DNA of 64,000 nt from Candidatus Multivoradales bacterium (GTDB lineage: Bacteria; Acidobacteriota; Thermoanaerobaculia; Multivoradales; JAHEKO01). The notes below the pieces were generated by a model. That model was not told the origin of the DNA. It ran no database searches and saw only the letters and a program-made list of their open reading frames with translations. Of the stretch, positions 9,233 to 19,578 are shown one piece after another. Position 1 is the first letter of the stretch, and each line of letters starts with the position of its first letter. The stretch lies in NCBI GenBank assembly GCA_965223155.1, contig CBDCVR010000015.1, positions 987,097 to 1,051,096 of the forward strand. Direction: 5' to 3'. The position numbers and the translations under genes were made by a program.

Positions 9233-9754
9233 ATGAACTGGACGGAACTGCTCGAAAGCGAGCTCGACAACGCATACAAGGCCGCCGAGGGGCTGATCTC
9301 GATGGTCGACGACGACAGCCTCGACTGGAAACCGGCAAGCGGTGACAATTGGATGACCACGGGCCAGCTCTTAAACCACATCGCGACCGCCTGTGGCGGC
9401 CCGACGAAGGGGTTCGTCACCGGCGACTGGGGCATGCCCGCGGGAGCCGACGCAGGCGAGATGGCTCCGGAAGAGATGCTGCCGCCGGCCGAGAGCCTGC
9501 CGGGTGCCGAAAGCGTCGCGGCCACGCTCGAAGCGCTTGCCGCCGACAAGGCGCTCGCCCGGGAGATGATCGCCCAAGCCGAGGGTCGGATGGACGAGCC
9601 GGTCGCGGCACCGTGGGATCCGAGACCGCGACCGCTGGGTCAGCAAGTGCTGGGCATGATCGAGCATCTCAATAACCACAAGGCCCAGCTCTTCTACTAT
9701 CTGAAGCTCCAGGGCGCTCCGGTCAACACCTGGCACTTCTACGGCATGGCGTAG
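9233..9754 (+). CDS. DinB/YfiT-like (DinB_2 superfamily) protein
   Basis: 173 aa with AAGGA 6 nt upstream of the ATG. Motifs: LLNHIATACGG, MIEHLNNHKAQLFYY. The upstream intergenic region (9149-9232) is AT-richer and promoter-like. Confidence 0.65.
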   Translation: MNWTELLESELDNAYKAAEGLISMVDDDSLDWKPASGDNWMTTGQLLNHIATACGGPTKGFVTGDWGMPAGADAGEMAPEEMLPPAESLPGAESVAATLEALAADKALAREMIAQAEGRMDEPVAAPWDPRPRPLGQQVLGMIEHLNNHKAQLFYYLKLQGAPVNTWHFYGMA

Positions 9755-9770
9755 CGCGGCGCGCTCGCTC

Positions 9771-10556
9771 TCAGCCAAGGCCGGCCGCGCTCGCAACCGA
9801 GAAGACCCGACGGTCTTCGAGCCGGACGGCGGTCAGACGCCCGCCGTAGACGCAGCCCGTATCGAGACCCAGGAAGGTTTCGTCCAGCCTCAGCCCCAGG
9901 GCCGCCCAGTGGCCGGCCACGATCGTTACTCCGACGGCGCTGCGATTGGGCACGTCGAACCAGGGGGTGGTTCCCGGCGGCGCCTGCTCAGGCGGTCCGG
10001 CGAACGTCGAGCGTCCCCCGGGCGCGGTCACGACCCGCATCGCGGTGAGACCGTAGATCGTCTCCTCCACCCGAGCCGGCTCGCCGCTGGTGAAGTACCG
10101 CAGCCGGGCGGCTGGATCTCGCAGCACCTCTTCGGCCTCGCGGGCTCGCTCCTCGGCCTCCTTCACCTTCCATGCCGGCGGGATCCCGGCATGAACCAGC
10201 ACCGCCGCGCCGTCCCAGTGAAGAAGGGGCCGGCCGGCCAGCCAGGCTTCGATCTGATCCCGATCCTTAGCCTCCCGAACCGGCCCCAGCAACGCCTCAT
10301 GGTGCTCTCGGCCATGGCCGGCAAGCAGGGCCAGGAGGTGGAGGTCGTGGTTGCCCAGGACGGTCACGAAGCGCTCGCCCAGGTCGCGGCTCGCCGCTTG
10401 CGCCCAGCGCAGCACCGCCAGCGAGTCCGGTCCCCGGTTGACCAGGTCGCCGGTCAGCCACAAGCGGTCGCGGCCGCGCTCGAAGGGCAGCTCGACGAGT
10501 AGGCGCTCGAGCGCCCCGAGGCAGCCGTGAACGTCCCCGACCACGTAGGTCGCCAT
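9771..10556 (-). CDS. apaH: Bis(5'-nucleosyl)-tetraphosphatase (symmetrical) ApaH-like metallophosphoesterase
   Basis: MATYVVGDVHGC (metallophosphoesterase motif I), GDLVNRGP (motif II), GNHD (motif III); 261 aa. Confidence 0.8.
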   Translation of the reverse strand: MATYVVGDVHGCLGALERLLVELPFERGRDRLWLTGDLVNRGPDSLAVLRWAQAASRDLGERFVTVLGNHDLHLLALLAGHGREHHEALLGPVREAKDRDQIEAWLAGRPLLHWDGAAVLVHAGIPPAWKVKEAEERAREAEEVLRDPAARLRYFTSGEPARVEETIYGLTAMRVVTAPGGRSTFAGPPEQAPPGTTPWFDVPNRSAVGVTIVAGHWAALGLRLDETFLGLDTGCVYGGRLTAVRLEDRRVFSVASAAGLG

Positions 10557-10587
10557 CTCGGTTCTCTTGCCCGGCGCTCGCTCGAAA

Positions 10588-11355
10588 TCAGCGCGGCGCC
10601 ATGCGAATGGCGCCGTCCAGACGGATGGTCTCGCCGTTCAGCATGCGGTTCTGAAAGACGTGAAGCGCCAGATCCGCATACTCTTCCGGGCGCCCCAAGC
10701 GCGACGGAAACGGCACCTGCTCGCCCAGCGAGATCCTAGCCTTCTCTGGCAGTCCCGCCATCAGCGGCGTGTCGAAAAGGCCCGGCGCGAGGGTCACCAC
10801 CCGGATGCCATGGCGAGCCAGCTCGCGCGCGCACGGCAGCGTCAGCCCCACGACGCCGCCCTTGGAGGCCGAGTAGGCCACCTGGCCGATCTGGCCCTCG
10901 AAGGCCGCCACCGAGGCGGTGTTGATGATCACTCCGCGCTCGCCCTCTTCGTCGGCTTCAGTCTCGGCGATCGCCTCGGCCGCCAGCCGAAGCACGTTGA
11001 AGGTGCCGATCAGGTTGATCCGAATCACCCGCTCGAAGAGCGAGATCGAGTGGGGCCCTTCCTTGCCCAGAACCTTGGCCGGGTCGCCGACGCCGGCGCA
11101 ACTTACCGCCCCGGACAACGGACCGAAGGCCTCGATTGCGGTCTGGATGGCGGCTCGGACCGAATCTTCCTGGCTTACGTCCGTGGGGCTGAAGCGGGCA
11201 TCCGGACCGAGCTCCTCGACCAGATCCTCACCCCGCTCCTGGTTGATGTCGGCGACGACCACGTGGGCGCCCTCGGCCACCAGCCGGCGCACGGTGGCCT
11301 CGCCCAGCCCCGAAGCTCCTCCACTAACGAGAAACGTCTTGCCCTGAATTTCCAT
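10588..11355 (-). CDS. Short-chain dehydrogenase/reductase, 3-hydroxyacyl-CoA dehydrogenase type-2-like
   Basis: ORF trimmed to the ATG at 11355 (GGAGG upstream): [20 protein letters not shown] is a TGxxxGxG-type Rossmann motif; catalytic YxxxK in [10 protein letters not shown]. Confidence 0.8.
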   Translation of the reverse strand: MEIQGKTFLVSGGASGLGEATVRRLVAEGAHVVVADINQERGEDLVEELGPDARFSPTDVSQEDSVRAAIQTAIEAFGPLSGAVSCAGVGDPAKVLGKEGPHSISLFERVIRINLIGTFNVLRLAAEAIAETEADEEGERGVIINTASVAAFEGQIGQVAYSASKGGVVGLTLPCARELARHGIRVVTLAPGLFDTPLMAGLPEKARISLGEQVPFPSRLGRPEEYADLALHVFQNRMLNGETIRLDGAIRMAPR

Positions 11356-11428
11356 GAACGGCCTCCTTATCGAGGCCAGAAAGATACCATTGCCCCCGGA
11401 GGAGGAACCAGGAGATGGAGAGGCTGCG

Positions 11429-11818
11429 ATGAGCGACGAACGCGCCGGCAAGCTCGGCACCGTGGGCTGGATCGACCTGACCGTTCCGGACGCCGAGAGC
11501 CTTCGGGACTTCTACCGAGAGGTCGTGGGCTGGGAGACCCAGGAAGTGGACATGGGCGGTTACGCCGACTTCAGCATGCTCGCGGCCAACGGCGCCGCCA
11601 GCGCCGGAGTCTGCCACGCCCGCGGCGTCAACCAGGGCATCCCGCCGGTGTGGATGATCTACATCAACGTGGACGACTTGCAAGCCAGCCTCGAGGCCTG
11701 CCGCGGCAGCGGCGGCGAAGTGCTGAGCGAGATTCGCTCGATGGGCGGCCACGGCCGCTACGCCTTCGTGCGCGACCCGGCGGGCGCGCCGTTCGCGCTC
11801 TTTGAGCCGCCCCGCTAG
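11429..11818 (+). CDS. VOC (glyoxalase/bleomycin-resistance/dioxygenase) family protein
   Basis: ATG at 11429 preceded by GGAGAGG. The [23 protein letters not shown] block and ~130 aa size fit the VOC fold. ORF 11354 upstream adds a low-complexity leader. Confidence 0.7.
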   Translation: MSDERAGKLGTVGWIDLTVPDAESLRDFYREVVGWETQEVDMGGYADFSMLAANGAASAGVCHARGVNQGIPPVWMIYINVDDLQASLEACRGSGGEVLSEIRSMGGHGRYAFVRDPAGAPFALFEPPR

Positions 11819-11908
11819 AACCAGGTCCCGGCGGCGTCAACCCCTGGTCGCGACGTTCGAGATTCCACGCGCTCGGCCTCGACGATCGAGCCTGCTAGGC
11901 TCCGCGGC

Positions 11909-12394
11909 GTGGCCCGCCTCGTCAGGATCTTGCTCGTCGCCATCGGCATCTTGGCCGCTCTTTTCATCGGACGTCTTACCGTATTGAGCCTTCGATCCCA
12001 GCCGCCGGAGCGCATCGCCGCCACTGCGGCCGCGACCGCCGCGCCACAAAGCCTCGAGTCCTGCGCCGGCCTCCGCAACTGCGTTTCCAGCCAGGCCCCG
12101 GACGCCGGTCACCGGGTCGAGCCGCTGGCCGTCGCCGGGACTCCCGACCGGGCGCTCCAAGAAGTCGTCGAAGCCCTCGAAAGGCTGCCCCGGGTCGCCG
12201 TTGTCACCGTCCACGACGGCTACGTTCACGCCGAGTTCCGCAGCCGCCTTTTCCGGTTCGTGGACGATCTCGAGCTGCTCTACGACTCCGAGCTTCCCGG
12301 CTTCCAGGTGCGCTCGGCTTCCCGAGTTGGCGTCTCGGACTTGGGCGCCAATCGTGGCCACGTCGAGGCGCTGCGCGCGGCGCTGTCGCGCTAG
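11909..12394 (+). CDS. DUF1499 domain protein with an N-terminal membrane anchor
   Basis: GTG start at 11909. N-terminal hydrophobic helix ILLVAIGILAALFIG. DUF1499-like core (VHDGYVHAEFRSRLFRFVDDLELLYD). Its stop overlaps the convergent lhr stop by 4 nt. Confidence 0.6.
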   Translation: MARLVRILLVAIGILAALFIGRLTVLSLRSQPPERIAATAAATAAPQSLESCAGLRNCVSSQAPDAGHRVEPLAVAGTPDRALQEVVEALERLPRVAVVTVHDGYVHAEFRSRLFRFVDDLELLYDSELPGFQVRSASRVGVSDLGANRGHVEALRAALSR

Positions 12395-15300
12395 CTGGCC
12401 GCCGTCGGCGTCGGCGTCGACGAGACGGTCGGAACGTAGCGCCGCCGCAGGCGTAGGACGCCGCCTTCACGCGTGCCGTCGAAGACCTCCAGGAACGGCT
12501 CCGCATAGGGGCTCGTGGCGGCCGGCTCGCCGTTTACGGTTTCGACTTCAAGACGCGGCTCGGGCGCGACCGGACGGGTGAGGAGATGCCCCAAGACACC
12601 CAGGTAGTCCCGAAGGCGGGGGTGATCCGCCTCCGGCTCGATCGAGAGCCGCCGGCCGTTGCGCTCGGACAAGAGCACCCGCTCGGCGCCGTGGAAGACC
12701 AGGTGGGTCGAGGCCAGGCGCTTTGGAGCCAGGTGGCGCAGGCCTTCGAGGCCCAGGCCCGTGGCCGCCGCCGGATCCGCCGCCGAAAGCCAGTAGATCG
12801 CGTCCCGGCGAAGGCCCGCGCGCAACGTCCGCACGGCTTCGTGGGAGGCGAACTGGAGGCCGGCAATGCCCTCGAAGAACTGGCCCGCCACGATCTCGCC
12901 CGAGAGCTCCATGAGACGGAGCGTGCGAAAGAGCCGGCCCCACCGGAGCGGTACGAGCTCCCGCGCCAAGAGCTCTCGAAACAGCACTCCGTAGCGATCC
13001 AGGAGCAAGCGCACGCGGTCCTTGTTGGCTTCCTCCCGGTCCAGAGCGTCGCCCTCGACTCCCGTTGGCGGGTCGAGCGCGTACCACTCGCCCGCATAGA
13101 TCGCCTGCGAGCGCCAGCGGTCCGGACGTTGCCGAAGCGTCGGCCGTCTCCGCCTGCTCTTCTGGTTCCGCTGGCTCTGCTGGCTCTGCTGACCCTGAAG
13201 CGTCTGAGGCCGGCGGCCGGCACCGGCCCGGGTTGCCTGCCGAGACCCGGAAGCAGAATCGCCGGGCAATCGAAAGCGCTGGGCGATTCCCTGGCGCAGC
13301 GCGGCAAAGGTGGTGTTCGACACCCGGCCGCTCCAGGCTTCGCGCCAGAGCGCCGCGGCAACCTCGGAGGACGGCTCGTCGCGCCGGGCCACGATCTCCT
13401 CGAAGCGAAAGCGCCCGGCGGCCGAAGGCAGGACCGTGGCCTCGGAAGCTGGACGGACATCCGTCTCCGAACCGGCAGCGCTACCGGCGGCGGCGGCGGC
13501 ATCGGCGGCATCGGCGGCATCAACGGCGGCGGCCGCGCCGACTTCATCGACTTCAGCCGGCTCGGCCGGCTCGACCAGAAGACCGACCTCTTCGGGAAAG
13601 GCGAAGGTCACGGTCTCGGCTCCGCAACCGAGCCACACCAGGTCCGAGTCCTGAAACAGGCTATCGAGCCACGATGGATAGAAGGTGTCGAGCCGCGCCG
13701 GCAGGATTTCAGTCTCCCAGAGGCGGGCCGCCGCCGGATACCCCAGGAGCCGACCCAGCGCGGTTTGTAGCTCGCGGGAACTGGCGCCACGGGCGGTCAG
13801 TCCCTGGCGCGTCGCCAGAAAGAGCGGCAGGTCGACAAGCGGCCGGGCCTCCAAGCTCGGCCGCCGCCGGGCGCGGTCGATCCGCAGCAGTCGTTCCAAA
13901 TTCTCCGCGTCGGCGATCTCGAGCGTGTCCGTCTCGCGCCGGAACCGGTCGATGACCACGTGACCGTCCTCGACCAGGGTCTCGAGCAGCGCGTCGAGGC
14001 GTTCGGTTTCGAGCCCGAAGCTCGCCCGCAACCGCTCGGCCGGCACCGGACCATAGAAGCGGAGCCATTCGGCCACGATCTCGCCGGCGCCGAGCCCGCC
14101 GTCCGCGGGCGCCGCCGCGACCCTTGCGGCCTCGACCCGTGCGGCCTCCACCCGTGCGGCCTCGTCGCCCGCCAGGGACTCGAGAGCCTCCGGCGGTCCA
14201 AAGGCCGCGACCAGAGCGGGCAAGCGCTCGCGCGCGCACACGACGGGCTCGGACCAACGCGCCCGCACTAGCCGGGTTGCGGCCGGGCCGACCCGATCGT
14301 CGCCTTCCTCCTCGTCCGCTTCAGAGCCGGGGGCGTCGAGGTTCCGGTCGCGCTCGACCGCCGCCGTCAGCGCCAGCCACTCGGACTCGGGCAGCACCCA
14401 CCGCTCCTTGACCCACTCCACCAACTCGACATCGTCGCGGGGCGCATAGCCGGGTTGCGTGCGCTGGAGCTTGCTCTCGAACTCGACCAGCAGGGCCTCC
14501 GGAAACTTCGGTCGCAGCTCGGCCGAGAGCACCAGCTCGCGCAGCCACCCCTTATCGAGCGCGGTGCCCCGGTCCCGCTCGGCCGAGTCGTCCAGATACA
14601 TGAGCCGATTGGTCCGCTTCCAGAGGAGATCCCCTGCGAACGGCGACGGCGCCTCGGTCGCCACCTCGACGACGTCGAGGGTTCCCTGCTCGATCTCGGC
14701 CAAGAATCTCTTGAGCGCCTCGAGCTCGAATTCTTCTTCCAGGCAGGTGCGCCAGGTCTCGACGACGATCGGAAAGTCTCCGAACTTGGCCACCGTGCCC
14801 AGAAGCTGCTTGCCGCGCTCCCGCTGGAGCCAGAGCGGGACCCGGCGCTTCAAGTCCGAGCGCGGCAGCAGCAAGGCCCGGCCGGCGTTCTCGCGGAAGC
14901 GGGCACCGAAGAATCCCGTCGGTTCGAGCGTGGTGCGTAGCATCATCTCGAGGGGCTGCGTCGCCAGGTACTCGAACACCGCCGCTGGTTCGAAGCCATC
15001 GGGCGCCAGCACCAGAAGGCTGTCGTTGTTGGCATCGGCCTCAAGGCTCTGGCCGGACAGAGCGCGGTAGGCAGGAGGCAAGACCAGCGCCAGCGGTCGG
15101 TTGACCCGGCCGCCCCAGCCGGTGTGAAGCACCCAGGCCCGGCGTCCCTCGTCGGTCTCGCGCTCGGCCAGCTTCTCGGCCACCAATCGATGGCGGTGGG
15201 GCAGGCCGTCGGTGGCCAGGCGCTGCTCCTCCAGAAAGCCGACCAGAGCTTCGGCCGCGGCTGCCTCGAAGGCGTGCTCGCCGACCAGGCGTTGGGCCAG

Positions 15301-17157
15301 GTTCCGCCTTCCGTCACGACCGCGAAGCTCGGTATCGGCGCGCTCCAGAAACCGGCCGATGCGCTCGGAAAGATGAACGCTCCGGTTGCGCTCTTCGGCG
15401 CGCCAGAAGGGCGCGAAGGCGGCGCCCTTGGCGACCGGAGACACCAGCACATCGCTGTGGGTGATCTTACGGATGCGCCAGGCCTGGGCGCCGAGGGTGA
15501 ACGTGTCGCCCAGCGAGCGCTCCCATACGAACTCCTCGTCCAGCTCGCCCAGTCTGGCCATCGATTCGTGATGTCGGAGCCGGAAGTAGCCACGGTCCGG
15601 AATCGTGCCGCCAGCGACATAGAGAAGCCGTTCCGAGCCCCGGCGGGCCAGCACCGTACCCTCGAGGCGGTCGAACGCCAGGCGCGGCTCGAGCTCGCGG
15701 ATCCGGCTCTCGGAGTAGCGGCCCGCGAGCATCTCGAGCACCAAATCGAACTGTTTGCGCGGAAGATCCCGATAGGGGTAGCTGGTTCGGATCCGGTCGT
15801 AGAGCTCGTCGACGTTTCGGCTCGTCCCCGCGGTCATCGACAGGATGACCTGGGCCAGGACGTCGAGCGCTCCGCGGACCGGCTCCACCTCTTCGATGTC
15901 GTGGTCCAGGACCGCGCGCGCCACCACTGCCGCATGGATCAGATCCCGACCGAACAAGGGATAGAGCCGGGCGCGGCTGACCTCGCCCACCCGGTGGCCG
16001 GCGCGTCCGACGCGCTGGATGGCCGCCGCGACCGACGGTGGCGTCGCCACCAGCAGGACCTCGTCCAGAGCGCCGATGTCGATTCCCAGCTCGAGCGAGT
16101 TGGTCGCCACGATCGCCTTGAGCCGGCCTTGCTTCAGCCTCTCTTCGACCACGGCCCGGAGCTCACGCGAGAGCGAGCCGTGATGGGAGTAGGCGAGCTC
16201 GGCCGATCCGCCCTCATTCAAGAAGCGGGTAATCTTCTCGGTCGCCCGCCGGCTGTTGGCGAAGAGCAGCGTCGAGCGGTTGGAGCGGATGCGATGCTTG
16301 AAGGCCTCGGTCAGCGACTCCCAGAGGTTTTCGGGAGGTGTCGCGCCCGACCCTTCGTCCCGACCCGGGACGACGTCGACCAGGCCCGCCGGGCGGGACA
16401 CCTCGAGGTCGTACACCTTGCGGGCTTCCGAGCGCACCAGGCGAACGTCGCGGCGGGCGTAGACGGCGTGGCCGGCGGTTCGCTCCAGACGCCAGCCGCC
16501 GACAAAGCGCGCGAGCTCGGCGAGCGGCCGCGCGGTCGCCGACAGCGCCAGGCGCTGGAACTCCCCGGAGAGCTCCACCAGCCGGTCCACCGCGGTGATG
16601 AGATGGGTGCCGCGCTTGCCGCCGGCAATCGCGTGGATCTCGTCCAGGATGACGGTTTCGAGCCCTCCGAAGAGAAGCCGTCCGCGCGGCGAGGTCAGGA
16701 GGATGTTCAAGCTCTCCGGCGTCGTGATGAGAATTTCGGGCGGCCGGCGCAGCATCTTGCGGCGCTCGCTCTGCGGCGTATCGCCGCTGCGGACCCCGAT
16801 CCCGACCGGCCGCGGCTCGAGGCCGGCCTCGGCGAAGCTCGCTTCGAGCTCGGCGAGCGGCTGGCGCAGGTTGCGCTGGATGTCGTTGTTGAGCGCCTTG
16901 AGCGGTGACAGGTAGAGCACCCGGACGTGGCCGTCCTCGGCCGCCGCCGGCCAGGCTCCGGTCAAGAGCCGATCCAATGCCCAGAGAAAGGCGGTCAGGG
17001 TCTTGCCGCTGCCGGTGGGCGCGGACACCAGAACGTGCTCGCCGGCCGCGATCGGCGGCCAGGCCGCCCGCTGAGCATCGGTGGGCTCGCCGAACCGGGC
17101 GGCGAACCAATCGCTGACGACCGGGTTGAAACCGATCGATTCGAGACTAGCCCCCAT
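12391..17157 (-). CDS. lhr: ATP-dependent helicase Lhr (large helicase-related), 1588 aa
   Basis: Walker A SAPTGSGKTLTAF, DEIH box, helicase C motifs, and the long Lhr-type C-terminal extension. The length matches Lhr (~1500 aa). It contains in-frame tandem repeats (QQSQQSQ at 13164-13197; AARVE x3 at 14118-14162). Confidence 0.85.
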   Translation of the reverse strand: MGASLESIGFNPVVSDWFAARFGEPTDAQRAAWPPIAAGEHVLVSAPTGSGKTLTAFLWALDRLLTGAWPAAAEDGHVRVLYLSPLKALNNDIQRNLRQPLAELEASFAEAGLEPRPVGIGVRSGDTPQSERRKMLRRPPEILITTPESLNILLTSPRGRLLFGGLETVILDEIHAIAGGKRGTHLITAVDRLVELSGEFQRLALSATARPLAELARFVGGWRLERTAGHAVYARRDVRLVRSEARKVYDLEVSRPAGLVDVVPGRDEGSGATPPENLWESLTEAFKHRIRSNRSTLLFANSRRATEKITRFLNEGGSAELAYSHHGSLSRELRAVVEERLKQGRLKAIVATNSLELGIDIGALDEVLLVATPPSVAAAIQRVGRAGHRVGEVSRARLYPLFGRDLIHAAVVARAVLDHDIEEVEPVRGALDVLAQVILSMTAGTSRNVDELYDRIRTSYPYRDLPRKQFDLVLEMLAGRYSESRIRELEPRLAFDRLEGTVLARRGSERLLYVAGGTIPDRGYFRLRHHESMARLGELDEEFVWERSLGDTFTLGAQAWRIRKITHSDVLVSPVAKGAAFAPFWRAEERNRSVHLSERIGRFLERADTELRGRDGRRNLAQRLVGEHAFEAAAAEALVGFLEEQRLATDGLPHRHRLVAEKLAERETDEGRRAWVLHTGWGGRVNRPLALVLPPAYRALSGQSLEADANNDSLLVLAPDGFEPAAVFEYLATQPLEMMLRTTLEPTGFFGARFRENAGRALLLPRSDLKRRVPLWLQRERGKQLLGTVAKFGDFPIVVETWRTCLEEEFELEALKRFLAEIEQGTLDVVEVATEAPSPFAGDLLWKRTNRLMYLDDSAERDRGTALDKGWLRELVLSAELRPKFPEALLVEFESKLQRTQPGYAPRDDVELVEWVKERWVLPESEWLALTAAVERDRNLDAPGSEADEEEGDDRVGPAATRLVRARWSEPVVCARERLPALVAAFGPPEALESLAGDEAARVEAARVEAARVAAAPADGGLGAGEIVAEWLRFYGPVPAERLRASFGLETERLDALLETLVEDGHVVIDRFRRETDTLEIADAENLERLLRIDRARRRPSLEARPLVDLPLFLATRQGLTARGASSRELQTALGRLLGYPAAARLWETEILPARLDTFYPSWLDSLFQDSDLVWLGCGAETVTFAFPEEVGLLVEPAEPAEVDEVGAAAAVDAADAADAAAAAGSAAGSETDVRPASEATVLPSAAGRFRFEEIVARRDEPSSEVAAALWREAWSGRVSNTTFAALRQGIAQRFRLPGDSASGSRQATRAGAGRRPQTLQGQQSQQSQRNQKSRRRRPTLRQRPDRWRSQAIYAGEWYALDPPTGVEGDALDREEANKDRVRLLLDRYGVLFRELLARELVPLRWGRLFRTLRLMELSGEIVAGQFFEGIAGLQFASHEAVRTLRAGLRRDAIYWLSAADPAAATGLGLEGLRHLAPKRLASTHLVFHGAERVLLSERNGRRLSIEPEADHPRLRDYLGVLGHLLTRPVAPEPRLEVETVNGEPAATSPYAEPFLEVFDGTREGGVLRLRRRYVPTVSSTPTPTAAS
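13164..13197. repeat. 9-bp tandem repeat (CTGCTGGCT-type), in-frame inside lhr
   Basis: ggttccgctggctctgctggctctgctgaccctg, encoding QQSQQSQ in Lhr. Confidence 0.8.
14118..14162. repeat. 15-bp x3 tandem repeat inside lhr
   Basis: cgacccttgcggcct / cgacccgtgcggcct / ccacccgtgcggcct, encoding AARVEAARVEAARVA. Confidence 0.8.
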
Positions 17158-17213
17158 ACACCGCCAACTTTCGGCCGGAAGCCTCTCGAGGCATGCTCTC
17201 GTAGGAAGTGCTG

Positions 17214-19475
17214 CTAGACGCCATCGTCAGGCGACGAATCTACCGCGGCCCGGCGGGCGAGAAGGTAGACCGGGGCCGGGCCCAGCTCCAGCTCGCCGCC
17301 TTCGGGCAGCGGCAACTCGGCGCCGTCCCGGCCGACGATGCGCTCGAGGCGGGAGCGGTCCACCGGTAGCCGGACCCGCGGTTTGCCACTCGTGGCCCAC
17401 GCCACGAAGATCGAGGAGCGGTCGCGCTCGAACTCATAGAGCCGGGTTGACGGCGCCGGCTCGGTCCTCTCGAGGAAGGTCGCGCCGGCCAGCATCGCCT
17501 GGAGGTTCGCCAGGGCGAGAAAGGCGGGGCGCTCGACCAGCCCGCCGCCGTCGGCTTCCGCGCGCCGCATCAGACCGTAACCGCGGGCGACGAGCTGCCA
17601 CCAGTAGACCCGCTCGACAAGACCCGAGGTCAGAGTCGCAAGGTAGTAGCGCACCAGGTAGTCGGCCTGGGTCTCCTCATCGACCGCCACCGTGCGCCCG
17701 GCGGGCGAGTGGGGCCCTTCCCAGAGCGGCCAGTTGACCTCGGTGATCCAGCAGCGACCCGAGGACCGTTTGCCGGTGGCGGCAATGGCTTTGAGGAGCG
17801 CGGCCTTGCCCACCGTGTCGAAGCCGAGCTGCTTGGCCTCGGGCGCGCCGCGCCGATCCACGTAGAGAAGGGCTGTCACGACGTCGAAGTTCACCCCGGC
17901 GCCGGCGGGCGAGGCCATGTTGAGCACCGCGGCCGTCGCCTGGAACTCGAAATCGATCACCGCGGGACCCAGGACCTGGACGTCCGGATGGCGCGTCAGC
18001 TCCTCCCGGGCGATCGCGGCCAACGCGAGGTACTCGTCGTAGTTCCAGATGCCCCACTTGGAACGGTTGATCGCTTGGCCCACCTGGAAGCTCCGGCCGT
18101 AGGGAACGAAGCGCTCGGCCAGCAAGCGCACCGCGTCGCGCCAACGCTTCGGATCCCGCACCAGCTCGCGATCTTGCGGCAGAGCGAAGGCCAGATCCAA
18201 CCCGGCTTCAGCGAGGGTCCGGGCCAGCCTCTCTTCCACGTCGTGGCTCTCTTGCCAGGGATGAAGACGCAGCAGAACCTGGCCGACGCCCAGACGGCGA
18301 AGCGCCGCCAGCAGCAGCTCGGAACCATTGGCGACCCCTTCGAGCGGGCGTAGCGCAACACCGGCGCCCGGCCAGGGTCGCGGGCCCACCTGCGCCTGGC
18401 CGGCGAGAGCCCGGTAGCTCGCCACCACCCGCGGTGCCGCCGCCAGAACCGCCGCTGCCGCCCGCGCGTGGGCACCGGCGTCGGCCAGGCGGATGAGGAG
18501 CTGCTCTCGCCGCCCGGCGTGTTGGTGCGGCTGGTCCGACAACTCGTCCCATACCGATTTGTCGCGGGCGCCGGCGTCGGCGGGCGGGGCCGGAATGTGA
18601 GCGTAGGCCTCGCGCTGGACAAGCCGAGCCTTGAGCCAGCGACCCGGCTTGCGCAGGCGCGGCTTCCACCGGTTCTTGGCCAGAAATCCCCACTGAAGCA
18701 CCCGGTAGACGAGGCCGCTGGGCGAGTCGAGGGAGATGTCGCCGCCCCAGTAGGCCCGCCAGAAGCGCTGGCGATCGCCCCCGGCCAAGATCGGCAATCG
18801 GCACAAGTCGCGTAACCGGCGCAGGCGCGAAACCGGGCCTAGCCGGCCGCGGTCGAGATCGATCAGGGCCAGGCGCTCCGGCGGCAAGGCTCCTCCCTCG
18901 ATCAGAACGTTGCCGATCGAAAGGTCCCTGTGCCACAGGCCCGCCTGGTGAACTTTGGCGAAGAGGCCGCCCACGGCCGAAAAAAACGCCGCCCGGTCGA
19001 TCTCGGGAAATTGCTCCCGCTCCTCGCCCGCGGCGATCGCCCGAAAGTAGTAGCGGCTCTCGACGAAATCGGTCAGTAGCTCGCTGACGTAGAGCGAGGG
19101 GCCACCGATCGTCGTCGCTTCGATCCAAGCCAGCGGCCGCGGAGTCCGGATGCCGGCGGCTTCGAGCGTCCGGGCCGCGCGCCAGCTCCTGGCCGCCTTG
19201 CTGTCGTCACGGCCTTGCCGCCGGCGGGCGCGGCGGCTCTGGTTCCGGAACAGCTTGACCGCGACCGTCTGTGGCCCGTCCGGGCCCGAGACCCGCGCCG
19301 TGTACAGATAGTCACGTCCCCAGTGCAGGGTCTCGAGAGCCTGGCCCGGGTCGGTCAGGACGTCGAGTGCCCCGCCAAGCCGGTCCGGGGAAAGCGCCCG
19401 CCGGTCGAGCTCGCCGCGCCAGTCCTCGAACCGGAACGGCTGCACCGCCGGGCTCTGCGCGCTACCAATCTCCAT
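17214..19475 (-). CDS. Fusion protein: N-terminal lipopolysaccharide kinase (Kdo/WaaP/InaA) family domain plus a C-terminal glycoside-hydrolase-like TIM-barrel domain
   Basis: ATG at 19475 with GAGG upstream. The N-terminal ~280 aa has the kinase catalytic loop LWHRDLSIGNVLI and DLD. The C-terminal ~450 aa has an ITEVNWP-type (ITE nucleophile-like) block and YWWQL, reminiscent of clan GH-A hydrolases. Confidence 0.55.
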   Translation of the reverse strand: MEIGSAQSPAVQPFRFEDWRGELDRRALSPDRLGGALDVLTDPGQALETLHWGRDYLYTARVSGPDGPQTVAVKLFRNQSRRARRRQGRDDSKAARSWRAARTLEAAGIRTPRPLAWIEATTIGGPSLYVSELLTDFVESRYYFRAIAAGEEREQFPEIDRAAFFSAVGGLFAKVHQAGLWHRDLSIGNVLIEGGALPPERLALIDLDRGRLGPVSRLRRLRDLCRLPILAGGDRQRFWRAYWGGDISLDSPSGLVYRVLQWGFLAKNRWKPRLRKPGRWLKARLVQREAYAHIPAPPADAGARDKSVWDELSDQPHQHAGRREQLLIRLADAGAHARAAAAVLAAAPRVVASYRALAGQAQVGPRPWPGAGVALRPLEGVANGSELLLAALRRLGVGQVLLRLHPWQESHDVEERLARTLAEAGLDLAFALPQDRELVRDPKRWRDAVRLLAERFVPYGRSFQVGQAINRSKWGIWNYDEYLALAAIAREELTRHPDVQVLGPAVIDFEFQATAAVLNMASPAGAGVNFDVVTALLYVDRRGAPEAKQLGFDTVGKAALLKAIAATGKRSSGRCWITEVNWPLWEGPHSPAGRTVAVDEETQADYLVRYYLATLTSGLVERVYWWQLVARGYGLMRRAEADGGGLVERPAFLALANLQAMLAGATFLERTEPAPSTRLYEFERDRSSIFVAWATSGKPRVRLPVDRSRLERIVGRDGAELPLPEGGELELGPAPVYLLARRAAVDSSPDDGV

Positions 19476-19578
19476 TAATGCCTCATCCAGGCCCGGCTCG
19501 CCGGCGCCGCCGCGATGCCCGCCTGGTCCGATCTTCTCACCGGAATCGTGGTTCGCGGATTCCGATGGAAGGCTCCGG

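Noticed and set aside
15124-16908. 594-aa ORF on the plus strand (and 12586..13770, 13065..13955)
   Set aside because: Antisense to lhr, whose frame has unambiguous helicase motifs. Composition is artefactual.
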